From Flavobacteriales bacterium (GTDB lineage Bacteria; Bacteroidota; Bacteroidia; CAIKAF01): a stretch of 64,000 nt of DNA. Location of the stretch: NCBI GenBank assembly GCA_025055575.1, contig JANWWP010000034.1, positions 64,273 through 128,272 of the forward strand. Direction: 5' to 3'. The position numbers and the translations under genes were made by a program. Positions 46,219-55,430 of this stretch are shown one piece after another (the stretch's first letter is position 1; every line of letters starts with the position of its first letter). The notes beneath the pieces are model-generated. The model was not told the DNA's origin and did not search any database. It saw nothing but the letters and a program-made list of their open reading frames with translations.

Positions 46219-47784
46219 ATGGCATTCTGGATTCTTTGTGGTCTTCTTTTGATTCCCTTTCATGTGGGTCTTTGGAAACTTTTTATCAAAGCCGGGCGTA
46301 AAGGATGGGAATCGCTGATCCCTCTCTATGACCTCTATGTTATTCAGAAAATCACCGGCAAACCGGCCTACTGGGTGATCGCTTGTCTTTTTCCAGGAAT
46401 TAACCTGGTGGTGCTTTTCATCATGGTGAAGAATTTGTACGGCGTTTTTGGGAAAAACCGATGGACCGACCAGACCTTAGGCGTGCTATTGTTTTTTGTA
46501 TTCACGCCACTTTGGGGTTTCGATCCTCGGGTACAGTACATGCCGGCAGACCAGCGTCCGGCTCCTGCGCGTTCGAAAATTCGGGAATGGGTGGACTCCG
46601 CCGTATATGCCGTAGTGGCGGTCACGATTCTCAAATCCTACTTTTTGGAAGCCTACAAAATCCCTACGTCCTCGATGGAAGAAACGATGCTGATCGGGGA
46701 TTTTCTCTTTGTTAATAAAACGGCTTACGGTATCCGCATACCCATGACCCCTCTGACGGTGCCTTTCACCCACTCCATGCTCACATTTCCGGTGCGCTCT
46801 TTCTTGGAATGGCCTTCCATCCCCTACACACGCATTCCAGGCATGAGGCCGGTGAAAAATGGGGACATTTTTGTGTTTAACTTTCCAGAGGGCGATACGA
46901 TACTTCTGGATCCGTTTCTTTATGCGCACAGCTATTATGACCAGGCGAGAAAGATTGCCCAGCAATATCGGGATAACGACTTGGCCGCGGGATTGAATCC
47001 CAGGCCTGATGAGGTGTACTTTTCCCTCGGTTTTTCCGAAATCCGGCGCCGGTTCAGTCTGGATAACCGGCCTGTGGATAAGCGGGAAAATTACATAAAG
47101 CGTTGTGTGGCCGTACCGGGAGATGTGCTGGAGATACGGGATGGCGTGGTGTATATCAACGGTGCAGAAGCGGCCATGCCAGAGGGCCTGGAACAAACCT
47201 ACAAAGTGACCACCACAGCCGCTGTGGACCGGCGTCTGTGGCGGAAATGGGGCATCACACGCGAAGATCTGGAAGAAAAAAATCCTCACGGGGTCAATTA
47301 CAGCAGTTTTGTTGTGAACCTCACGCGGGAGCAAAGAGATAAAATTGAAGCCCTGCCTGGCGTGGCTTCCGTGGAACCGGTGCGCCACCCGCCCATGCCG
47401 CTGGTGATCTTCCCGCATAGCAGCCGTTATGCCTGGAGCCTGGATAATTTTGGTCCGCTGCAGATACCCCGCCGCGGTCAAACGGTGCGCCTCACCCCGG
47501 ATAGTCTGTGTTTTTGGGAGCGCATCATACGCCATTACGAAGGCAATACCCTGGAGGTGCGGGATGGCCAAATTCTGTTGAACGGAGCCCCGGCGGAAAC
47601 CTATACTTTTAAGATGAATTATTACTGGGCCATGGGCGACAACCGACACGGGTCGCTAGATTCCAGATTTTGGGGTTTTGTGCCGGAAGACCACGTGGTG
47701 GGCAAGGCGGCTTTCATCTTTTTTTCATTAGGAGATGGGGGGTTGAAAGATATCCGGTGGCAACGCATTTTTAAATTTTTCTGA
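46219..47784 (+). CDS. lepB: Signal peptidase I (S26) with N-terminal DUF5684-like membrane module
   Basis: Box B IPTSSMEETMLIGDFLFVNKTAYG (Ser nucleophile), box D/E …GDNRHGSLDSRFWGFVPEDHVVGKA (catalytic Lys region). N-terminal about 100 aa (KAGRKGWESLIPLYDLYVIQKITGKPAYW) resembles a separate small-membrane-protein family. ATG 46219 chosen to avoid overlap with the divergent channel gene. Confidence 0.8.
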   Translation: MAFWILCGLLLIPFHVGLWKLFIKAGRKGWESLIPLYDLYVIQKITGKPAYWVIACLFPGINLVVLFIMVKNLYGVFGKNRWTDQTLGVLLFFVFTPLWGFDPRVQYMPADQRPAPARSKIREWVDSAVYAVVAVTILKSYFLEAYKIPTSSMEETMLIGDFLFVNKTAYGIRIPMTPLTVPFTHSMLTFPVRSFLEWPSIPYTRIPGMRPVKNGDIFVFNFPEGDTILLDPFLYAHSYYDQARKIAQQYRDNDLAAGLNPRPDEVYFSLGFSEIRRRFSLDNRPVDKRENYIKRCVAVPGDVLEIRDGVVYINGAEAAMPEGLEQTYKVTTTAAVDRRLWRKWGITREDLEEKNPHGVNYSSFVVNLTREQRDKIEALPGVASVEPVRHPPMPLVIFPHSSRYAWSLDNFGPLQIPRRGQTVRLTPDSLCFWERIIRHYEGNTLEVRDGQILLNGAPAETYTFKMNYYWAMGDNRHGSLDSRFWGFVPEDHVVGKAAFIFFSLGDGGLKDIRWQRIFKFF

Positions 47785-48392
47785 TGGGTCGCACCCTGGT
47801 GGCGTCGGCAGGAATGCTTCCATTGGCCGGCCCTGTGGGATTTTATGTTCAGTGGTTCGCCCTTCCAGACCAACCCATTGTGCTTTCTTCATACTGGTGC
47901 AACCACGTCCGGATTTGGACCTCCCAAGGAATTTTTGTCCTGAATATTCCATTGAAATCCCAAGCTGTGCGGCACGGAGAGCTGGTTCCGGCCCACAACA
48001 CCTGGGTTCTTTTCTGGCTTAGAACGTTGAGGGTGGCTTACGGGAAAGCCCCTTTCTACGATCATCTTTTCCCGGAACTTGAAGCCATATTAACCCCCTT
48101 GGTACAACAACCCCTTCCGGCCATCGCCCTCGCCCTGCACCAACTGTCCGTGCGTTGGTTATGCGCTGGGGATTTGAGTACCCCTCAATGTGCTTGGTCC
48201 AGCTTCAGGACCCGGGATTCAGATTTTTGCCAGCAACTGTTGCCGTATGCTCCAGGGCGCCAAGTTCCATCCTTCGCTTGGAGTCTGTTCAGCATTCTCG
48301 ATCTTCTTATGTGGCGGGGACGGGAAGCCCGCATTTGGCTGCGTTCAAAGGGACAAGATATTTACGAGGAAAGTTTACTGCTGGGACGTTAG
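47784..48392 (+). CDS. WbqC-like family protein (function unknown)
   Basis: Start overlaps the lepB stop (TGATG). Segments resemble the WbqC-like family; lepB-WbqC adjacency is something I recall seeing in Bacteroidetes. Unverified. Confidence 0.4.
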   Translation: MGRTLVASAGMLPLAGPVGFYVQWFALPDQPIVLSSYWCNHVRIWTSQGIFVLNIPLKSQAVRHGELVPAHNTWVLFWLRTLRVAYGKAPFYDHLFPELEAILTPLVQQPLPAIALALHQLSVRWLCAGDLSTPQCAWSSFRTRDSDFCQQLLPYAPGRQVPSFAWSLFSILDLLMWRGREARIWLRSKGQDIYEESLLLGR

Positions 48393-48394
48393 GG

Positions 48395-48628
48395 TTATTT
48401 TTGTTTGCAGGTAACGTCTTTTTCTTCCAAACCAAAGGCCTTGGCTTCTTTATAGACATCCTGCTTGAAGTGGTCTATGGTTTCGCGGTTTCCGCATTCC
48501 TCGCGGCTTCTGTTGATCAAACTCACAGGATCCCGGTAAGAACATTCCACGCATTTTTTACAACTTGGGAGTATGGAAATGGTTCCCAATACCATCACGG
48601 CGAAGAAGGGTATGGAGATTTTTTTCAT
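48395..48628 (-). CDS. Small Cys-rich lipoprotein, hypothetical
   Basis: 77 aa, signal peptide plus lipobox ILPSC, six Cys (CKKCVEC…CGN…C). Confidence 0.35.
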   Translation of the reverse strand: MKKISIPFFAVMVLGTISILPSCKKCVECSYRDPVSLINRSREECGNRETIDHFKQDVYKEAKAFGLEEKDVTCKQK

Positions 48629-48648
48629 AAAACAAAATTAGGGATAGA

Positions 48649-49479
48649 TTATGGAATGGAATTTTCAGCCTCGGAAAGCCATTTTTGAAGGATTTTGCGG
48701 GAGCCGGGGATCGAAAGACCTTCTTTTTCAGCTTTACGGATGAGGCTCACAGCCCGGACAAAATCTTTATTCGCAGCCAGGTTTTCTACATGTTTCTTTA
48801 GGATTTCCTGAAAAAAAGTATTATGTTCCTCAGATATTAACCCACTTTTTTGAAGTCCTTTCCATTTTTTTAGGGATTTTTCGGGTTTGGTGTGGGGCAG
48901 TTCATTCCACCACTTAGCCAGCCGTCGTTCAGCCTTGGAAGGTTCCGTATCTGTTTTATGCGGCCTGGGGGCGGCATCTTCATATACCGGATCTTGGACA
49001 ACGTTTTCCTGGGCTGCGGGGGCCGGTTTTTTTTGTGAGATTGTTTGGGTAGGGCGCTTCCCCTTTTGAATTTTGAGGTTAGATGGCGGGTTGTTCGTGT
49101 GGGGGGATGGGGTTTCCTTTTTTTCCTTACCGAGCCTTTCGGATTCAAGAATCCGGCAGGCTTCACGAGACAATTGAAGAAGGTCCGGTCGGGCATTTTC
49201 GTGCAGCACTTTGAGGCTGTAAAGCACTTGGTGCTTGAGCAACTTCATGAGCATGGCGGCGTTGTGGGCGGTGTAATCGTCGCCTAACGCCTGTATGAGG
49301 ATTTCCGGGGAGTAAGTGCGGGCTGCCCGAAAGAGGTCATACAATCGGTCGCTCCGTTCGGAGCGCCGTCTGAGAATTTGCCTCAGCTGGCTATGGAAGC
49401 GGGCTTCTGCCGGGGTGAGGCTTTTGATGAGGCGAAAAGCTTCGGGCACGCGGCCTGGGGTTGTTTTTTTTGGAGGCAT
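48649..49479 (-). CDS. Hypothetical basic, low-complexity protein
   Basis: 276 aa, Lys/Arg/Pro-rich central region, helical termini. No recognised motif. Confidence 0.4.
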   Translation of the reverse strand: MPPKKTTPGRVPEAFRLIKSLTPAEARFHSQLRQILRRRSERSDRLYDLFRAARTYSPEILIQALGDDYTAHNAAMLMKLLKHQVLYSLKVLHENARPDLLQLSREACRILESERLGKEKKETPSPHTNNPPSNLKIQKGKRPTQTISQKKPAPAAQENVVQDPVYEDAAPRPHKTDTEPSKAERRLAKWWNELPHTKPEKSLKKWKGLQKSGLISEEHNTFFQEILKKHVENLAANKDFVRAVSLIRKAEKEGLSIPGSRKILQKWLSEAENSIP

Positions 49480-49559
49480 GGGCTGAGGATCCCTTCCTGC
49501 AAATTTGCAAAATATCGTGATTTGCTCAGGAAGCGGGTTAATTTTGCACCGCTTTATCA

Positions 49560-49631
49560 GGTCCCGTAGTTCAATGGATAGAATAGAAGTTTCCTAAACT
49601 TTTGATACAGGTTCGATTCCTGTCGGGACCA
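49560..49631 (+). tRNA. tRNA-Arg (anticodon CCT)
   Basis: Cloverleaf folded by hand: acceptor GGTCCCG/CGGGACC, D-arm GTTC-AATGGATA-GAAT, anticodon stem GAAGT/ACTTT with loop TTCCTAA (anticodon CCT), T-arm ACAGG-TTCGATT-CCTGT, discriminator A. No encoded CCA. Confidence 0.8.
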
Positions 49632-49662
49632 CGCGTCCGCTCCTCACTGCGCTGCACCTCCG

Positions 49663-51006
49663 ATGATGTATGTTGAATTCCAGCCTCCTGTCAGTCTTAC
49701 CCTCAAGAGCGTGCCGGAGGGGCGGTTTTTATTAGGCTGCAGCGGCGGAATAGATTCTGTTGTGCTTTTTGACCTTCTGGTGGTGCACGATGTGGATTTT
49801 GAGGTGGCCCATGTAAATTACCAATTGCGGGGTCGGGACTCCGAAGGAGATGAAGAATTTGTGCGTGCTCTGTGCCGGGAATACAGCATTCCTTGTCATG
49901 TGCACCGCGAAACCCCCAAGCATTTTCCGGGTAACACGCAAGACAACGCCCGACGCATCCGCTACGCCTTTTTTGGCCGACTGCTGGAAGAGAGAAAATT
50001 AAATTGGATTCTCACAGCGCATCACGGCGACGATCAGGTCGAAACTATCCTGATGAACCTGGCCCGGGGATCCGGACTGAGGGGCCTGGCCGGCATACCT
50101 GTGCGACGGGATGTGATTTTGCGTCCTTTGCTTCCGCTGTCGCGCCGTCATATTCTGGAGTATGCAGAATACCACGGGTTAAAGTGGCGCGAAGACGAAA
50201 CCAACGACCGCACTTATTATAAACGCAACGCCCTGCGCGTGGACGTGGTGCCCAATCTTCGACGCATTTTCCCGGATTATGTGCGGGGGGTGGGTACGTC
50301 CGTGCGTATCATTTCCAATGTCCTCAATGCGGTGGATTATGTGGTAAAAGAATCCGGTCTGATGACGGAGGATCCTTATGGCCCCCGATTTCCAAAAAAA
50401 TCCTGGATGGAGCAAGACTTTGGGCCTTTTCTTTTATTTCACCTGCTGCAGCCCTATGGCTTCTCGGAAGCCCAGTGCAAAAGCGCTCTGGTGGCCTTGA
50501 GAGAAGGACGGGTAGGGCGATTTTTTTCCGCGCCGGGCGGAAAATTGTTTGCCGAAAGGGGCTACCTTCAATTATATGTGGATTTGCACCAGGTGGTGGG
50601 GCTGGCGCCCTTGCGCCCAGAATTTCCGGTGAAAACCATAGCCGGCCGTGTATATGTCCGGAATTTGGATGCGGATTTTGTCCTGCAACGGGGTGATACT
50701 CTGAGGGACACAGCCACTGTGGCTTTGCGGCCTGGGGAAATTTTGCATGTGCGCCGCTGGCGCGCCGGGGATGAAGTGCGCACACCGGATGGAATGCGCC
50801 GGAAAGTTTCGGATGTGCTGACCAATCATAAAGTGCCGGCGGGCATTAAATCCGAATATCCCGTGGTGGTGGACATGAACAACAACCTCGTTTGGCTGCC
50901 CGGACTAAACCAGCCCGTATTTCGGAATTTGGATTCGGAATTTCCTATCCGGGTGGAATTGGGTTTGGGCACTTATAGGGCCACGTCTCCCTTTTGGGCC
51001 GGCTAA
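49663..51006 (+). CDS. tilS: tRNA(Ile)-lysidine synthetase
   Basis: PP-loop LLGCSGGIDSVVL (SGGxDS), TilS substrate-binding C-terminal domain. About 445 aa. Confidence 0.85.
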   Translation: MMYVEFQPPVSLTLKSVPEGRFLLGCSGGIDSVVLFDLLVVHDVDFEVAHVNYQLRGRDSEGDEEFVRALCREYSIPCHVHRETPKHFPGNTQDNARRIRYAFFGRLLEERKLNWILTAHHGDDQVETILMNLARGSGLRGLAGIPVRRDVILRPLLPLSRRHILEYAEYHGLKWREDETNDRTYYKRNALRVDVVPNLRRIFPDYVRGVGTSVRIISNVLNAVDYVVKESGLMTEDPYGPRFPKKSWMEQDFGPFLLFHLLQPYGFSEAQCKSALVALREGRVGRFFSAPGGKLFAERGYLQLYVDLHQVVGLAPLRPEFPVKTIAGRVYVRNLDADFVLQRGDTLRDTATVALRPGEILHVRRWRAGDEVRTPDGMRRKVSDVLTNHKVPAGIKSEYPVVVDMNNNLVWLPGLNQPVFRNLDSEFPIRVELGLGTYRATSPFWAG

Positions 51007-52436
51007 GGACGGGGTATTTTCAGTTCATCCAGTTTTTTATGAAACCAGGTACTGTCCAGCACGCCCTGTCTTTCAATTTCTTCCCGCAATTTCATGCCCA
51101 GGTTTCTGTCGCCTTCGGCCCGGATGCGCATCAGTTGGCGGATGATTCGGATGAAATTTTTATGGCTGGCTTTTTGGGCATCCGACATCACCTTGTTGCG
51201 CCGGATGAAATTGTAGAACGCATCCCAGTGATGATAGAATGACACCGCATCTTCCAGTTCATAGAACAATTTCAAAAACAAGGCCCGTGTGCCCAGTTCA
51301 TAGAAGATATCGTCCACCTGGGCCTGACTCAGCAAACGCAAGGCCTGCCTGTAATCGCGCCGCGCAAAAGCCAGGACGGCTTTATTGTAGCCCAGCACGC
51401 CTTCACGGATGCGGGGCTCCACCCTTTGGCCAAAGGAATCCACGACTTTTTCCGCAGCCTCCAGCTGATTCAGCCGGATGCCCACGGTGACTATGTTTTT
51501 GAGCAGTCCGGGCCGGATATATTCTCCTTCGTAAATCACATCGTAGGCGATCATTTTTTGATAAATCTCCCAAATCTTCCATAAAAAGTTTTCTTTTCCC
51601 TGGTTGATTTTTCCGGTGCAATAGTTTTGCGAGAAGACCAAGAGGTCATTCAGTTCGCTTTTTGGAATGAGCGGCGCACTGCTATCAATATACTTCTGCA
51701 GTGCTTCAAAATAATCTTCCCTTTCGGGCTCCAGGTGCATGTGGATCACTGTACGATACACCCCCACCACCGGATCGCTGGCATAGGGTTCCCAACTGGC
51801 CATTTCCAAGATAGCCGGGAGCAGAGGTTTATCGTAGGTCACTTTTAGCAGCATTTCGCGGGTCAGCATCTCCGAAAAAAGCCGCAGGCGGACGATCACA
51901 TAATAAGTGTCTAAATGGTGGGAGGTGGTCTGGAGCTCATCATCCAAGCCCTCCCGCTGTTTTCTGAGGTGGTAGGCATACCGATGGTCGCAGGCCTGAT
52001 ATTTTATCAAGTGGAAATCGGTGCCCCGGCTGGCCGATGTATCTAGTATTTGTTCCAGAGCTTCAAACTTTTGATTGAAAAAGCGCTCCAGGTCCTTCTC
52101 TTTGTAATATTCCAGAAGCACCAAATGGGTGCGCGCATCCCCCCGGAGAGAATTTTTGTACACCACATATTTTTCCAATGCTAAGGCCAGATCCGATAAA
52201 ATGTATCGTAATTTATCCTGATTCACAGGCTTGCGCTTTTGCAAGCGTTGAAGAAGTTTTTCTTTTGTGAAACCTGGCTGATCGAATTGAGGGTGGAATC
52301 CGGCACACCAAATCACAATTTCTTTGAGAAAGGCCGCGGATTTACTGGCAAAAAGATCCAGGTGGTCCGAGAATTCCTCCACTTCCTTTGCCGTGAGTGT
52401 TTGAAGTAATTGAATGGCTTTGGTTTTGGCCAACAT
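51003..52436 (-). CDS. Large alpha-helical hypothetical protein (about 477 aa), no recognised family
   Basis: Long ORF with consistent coding character. ATG at 52434-52436 (the track starts at an upstream GTG). No motif recognised. Confidence 0.5.
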   Translation of the reverse strand: MLAKTKAIQLLQTLTAKEVEEFSDHLDLFASKSAAFLKEIVIWCAGFHPQFDQPGFTKEKLLQRLQKRKPVNQDKLRYILSDLALALEKYVVYKNSLRGDARTHLVLLEYYKEKDLERFFNQKFEALEQILDTSASRGTDFHLIKYQACDHRYAYHLRKQREGLDDELQTTSHHLDTYYVIVRLRLFSEMLTREMLLKVTYDKPLLPAILEMASWEPYASDPVVGVYRTVIHMHLEPEREDYFEALQKYIDSSAPLIPKSELNDLLVFSQNYCTGKINQGKENFLWKIWEIYQKMIAYDVIYEGEYIRPGLLKNIVTVGIRLNQLEAAEKVVDSFGQRVEPRIREGVLGYNKAVLAFARRDYRQALRLLSQAQVDDIFYELGTRALFLKLFYELEDAVSFYHHWDAFYNFIRRNKVMSDAQKASHKNFIRIIRQLMRIRAEGDRNLGMKLREEIERQGVLDSTWFHKKLDELKIPRP

Positions 52437-52659
52437 GTCAAATGTTTTAAAATGGAAAACTAAGCAAAGCCTCACATATTTTTTACATGAGCGATGTTTT
52501 TGCTTTTTTAAATTGGGTCAAAATTCAAAAAATCAAACTTTTATGTTGACCATATTGGTTTTTCTCCACTTCAAAAAATTCGGGGCTGAGCGACAACTTA
52601 AAAAAAATGTCGTAGGGAATAGAGAAATGATATTTTATTTTTGAATATAGATTTTTGAT

Positions 52660-53352
52660 ATGCGCATTCAAACTTTTACATTACTTCTTGTCGTGCTTTT
52701 GAATTGTGGCATGGCCCACGCCGGCGGGGACCCTGTTCGCCGCCCGATAGCGGTTGCTTTTCTGAAGCCTTTCTCGTCGGAGACCGACTTTCTTAATTGC
52801 GTTTCCAATTTAACCATCACAGATCAGGAAGGGGTCGTTCTGCCATTTGTGGCCCACTACTCCGGGGATTATCGAAAACCTTCCTGGCTGGAAATCCTTT
52901 CTGGAGACCGACCATTAAAGCCAAGTGATATTGTGATTCACGGCAGCTTGGCGCCGCCCACCCATGTCACAGTGGCGGATATTTCAGGTTTTACGGAGGA
53001 TATGATGGGCACCCCCTTAGGATTGGACCCTTCGTTCAGCACTTCTCCTAACCACCACCAGAATTCCAGCCATTTGGTCTTTCCTGAGGGAAACAGCCCG
53101 ATGGAACAACCCAAAGCTTCCCAGGCTCAGGTGTTTCCCAATCCCACAGATGGAAATTTCCAGGTGGTGACCGAAGGGGATGTGCCTTTTGTGAGGGCCT
53201 ACCTAGCCGACGCCCAGGGCCGAATACTGGAACAATGGGGCGTTCCCTCCATCAGGGCTTTTTTCAGCCTACGACATCTTCCGGCCGGTCTTTATTACCT
53301 TGTGGTGGAAACCGCCGTATGGAGGGAAAGGCATACAATATTTAAGTACTGA
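52660..53352 (+). CDS. Secreted protein with T9SS C-terminal sorting domain, hypothetical cargo
   Basis: Signal peptide MRIQTFTLLLVVLLNCGMAHA. C-terminal about 80 aa (VFPNPTDGNFQV…LPAGLYYLVVET…) matches the Por_Secre_tail pattern. Confidence 0.55.
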   Translation: MRIQTFTLLLVVLLNCGMAHAGGDPVRRPIAVAFLKPFSSETDFLNCVSNLTITDQEGVVLPFVAHYSGDYRKPSWLEILSGDRPLKPSDIVIHGSLAPPTHVTVADISGFTEDMMGTPLGLDPSFSTSPNHHQNSSHLVFPEGNSPMEQPKASQAQVFPNPTDGNFQVVTEGDVPFVRAYLADAQGRILEQWGVPSIRAFFSLRHLPAGLYYLVVETAVWRERHTIFKY

Positions 53353-53374
53353 GCTGTTCCTTTAAATGTGCGCT

Positions 53375-53411
53375 TCGCCCTGTCCGGCATGGTTCCGGGC
53401 GGGGTTTTTTA
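53375..53411 (+). terminator. Hairpin terminator after the T9SS cargo gene (CGCCCTGTCCGG…CCGGGCGGGG plus TTTTTT)
   Basis: GC-rich imperfect stem followed by a T6 run, read from sequence. Confidence 0.45.
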
Positions 53412-53433
53412 ATTTCGGGCCATCGAATTTTTT

Positions 53434-54222
53434 GTGGCTCCCCTTATGAAAACCAAAGCTGAAATTGTACACAACTGGCTTCCCCGTTACACGGGGACGC
53501 CTTTGGAGGAATTTGGTCAATATATATTGCTATGCAATTTTATTGATTATGTTCAGCTGTTTGCAGATAAATTCCAGGTGCCGGTGCGCGGGAAAGGCAC
53601 ACATCCCATGCAGACAGCCACCCATTCCAACATCAGCATAGTGAACTTTGGGATGGGCAGCGCCATGGCGGCAACCATCATGGATTTGCTTTCCGCCGTA
53701 GCGCCCAAGGCATTGCTTTTTCTGGGCAAATGCGGAGGTTTAAAAGAAAATACCCGAGTGGGAGACCTGATTTTGCCCATCGCGGCCATTCGGGGCGAGG
53801 GCACCTCCAACGACTATATGCCGCCCGAAGTGCCGGCCCTTCCCTCTTTCCGACTCCAGATGGCCGTCTCTTATTCCATAAGAAAGTATGAGAAAGATTA
53901 TTTCACCGGCACCGTGTACACCACGAACCGTCGTGTATGGGAACACGATGAAGAATTTAAAAGCTACCTACGACGGATCCGGGCTATGTGCATCGACATG
54001 GAAACCGCCACCATCTTCACCGTAGGTTTTATTAATAAAATACCCCACGGCGCCTTATTGCTGGTTTCAGATAATCCCATGCACCCTGAAGGGGTGAAGA
54101 CTTCAGAAAGCGATAAAAAAGTAACCACTCAATTCGTGGGCACTCACCTGGATATTGGAATTTCTGCCCTGGAAGAACTTCGGGATTCCGGGGAAAGCGT
54201 CAAGCATCTGCGCTTCGAATAA
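53434..54222 (+). CDS. Nucleoside phosphorylase family-1 protein (AMP nucleosidase-like short form)
   Basis: PNP_UDP_1-like core (…FGMGSAMAATIMDLL…GKCGGL…MCIDMETATIF…). 262 aa. Confidence 0.65.
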   Translation: MAPLMKTKAEIVHNWLPRYTGTPLEEFGQYILLCNFIDYVQLFADKFQVPVRGKGTHPMQTATHSNISIVNFGMGSAMAATIMDLLSAVAPKALLFLGKCGGLKENTRVGDLILPIAAIRGEGTSNDYMPPEVPALPSFRLQMAVSYSIRKYEKDYFTGTVYTTNRRVWEHDEEFKSYLRRIRAMCIDMETATIFTVGFINKIPHGALLLVSDNPMHPEGVKTSESDKKVTTQFVGTHLDIGISALEELRDSGESVKHLRFE

Positions 54223-54230
54223 AAAAAGCC

Positions 54231-54944
54231 TTACAATGCAGGAAGTGGGGCAGCCTGGTGGTTGATGACCACCTCGAACAGCGTGGTGTCTAAAAGAGCA
54301 GAAAGGCTGAGAAAATTAGGATGATCCGTCTGGAATCGGGAAGTGAAAAGATCTTTTTTGAAAGCCTTAAGATAGCTGAGATAAATAAGTTCCGTGCAAT
54401 AGAGTTTGGTGGTATCCGCCAGGTCAAATTTGTCGTCAAAAGGAATGCGCCTGGCTAGGAACTGCCGGGCATACATCACAGGCAGCGCGGCTTCGCCGGC
54501 CGCTTTTTTCAGACGTACGGCCAGGATGGTGCCCCGCACGCTTTCTTCTACGAATTTTTCCAGAGATTCCATTTGCATCCCATCCACTCCTGATAATTCG
54601 CTGGAAACGGTATGGATCACCATGGGCCTTCCGTTTTCTTCAGCCACAAAGGCACAATGCGACAAATTGTAACCGGTTTGAAATAATTCGTTGATAACGG
54701 AAGAAACAAATCCGTGGCCGCGGCGCATGATGATGTCGCCTTCTTTTAAAAGAGCCGTTTCCTCAGCCGATAATCTGTAAGGCTCCTGGGAGGCAGTCGG
54801 CGGGATGTCCGGGGTTTTAAAAAAAATGAGGAGAAAATGGGCTACAAAAAAATAAGCCGGCACACCTATCAGTGTGCCGGCCTTAAAAAATAGTATTCGA
54901 TTCAGAGAATTAGTGTGCAGCGCCTTCAGCGGGAGCATTTTCAC
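54231..54944 (-). CDS. YiiX-like permuted papain-fold (NlpC/P60 superfamily) hydrolase with N-terminal membrane anchor
   Basis: His-then-Cys order (…SHCAFV… upstream of …LYCTELIY…) as in the YiiX/DUF830 permuted papain family. N-terminal TM helix. Confidence 0.45.
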   Translation of the reverse strand: MKMLPLKALHTNSLNRILFFKAGTLIGVPAYFFVAHFLLIFFKTPDIPPTASQEPYRLSAEETALLKEGDIIMRRGHGFVSSVINELFQTGYNLSHCAFVAEENGRPMVIHTVSSELSGVDGMQMESLEKFVEESVRGTILAVRLKKAAGEAALPVMYARQFLARRIPFDDKFDLADTTKLYCTELIYLSYLKAFKKDLFTSRFQTDHPNFLSLSALLDTTLFEVVINHQAAPLPAL

Positions 54945-55359
54945 CGGCAGGAGCAGTTTCCGTAGCGGAAGTGGCAGTGCTGTCGGCAGGTTGTTCCGGA
55001 TTTTGATTCATGTCTCCGCCTTCTTTCTTCTCATTCACCAGCCACTTCTCACCACGCTTCACAAGGTTCAGTTCATTTTTGCCTTCTTTCATGCAGCAGA
55101 AAGTGCAGGTGGCAGTGCTGTCCTGAACGTTACACTTGATGTCTTTAATTTCCGTAACTTCAGGAAGCATTTTTAGCTGGTTCAAGGTTTCCAGCATGTT
55201 TTGGGTGGTTTCAGTGCCATATTTTTTGGCCTCGTCCACTTTTTTGTCCTTAAGGGCCGTCAGATACCCTTTAACGGCAGCTTCCGGACCGGAACCCTGG
55301 CAGGAGACCAGGAGGGAGACAGCGGCAACCGCTGCGGTGAACTTGCTGATGTTCTTCAT
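54910..55359 (-). CDS. Lipoprotein (DUF4878-like), hypothetical
   Basis: Lipobox SLLVSC, Lys-rich about 110 aa domain, acidic/Ala-rich C-terminal tail. Stop overlaps the downstream gene's start region. Confidence 0.4.
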   Translation of the reverse strand: MKNISKFTAAVAAVSLLVSCQGSGPEAAVKGYLTALKDKKVDEAKKYGTETTQNMLETLNQLKMLPEVTEIKDIKCNVQDSTATCTFCCMKEGKNELNLVKRGEKWLVNEKKEGGDMNQNPEQPADSTATSATETAPAGENAPAEGAAH

Positions 55360-55430
55360 TTTGGTGTTTTTGAATGGGTTTGTTTAAAGCGGCACAAAGG
55401 TATTAAAAATTTTGAATTACAAAATACTTT

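Noticed and set aside
46486-47649. 387 aa minus-strand ORF
   Set aside because: Antisense to lepB (clear S26 catalytic boxes on the plus strand).
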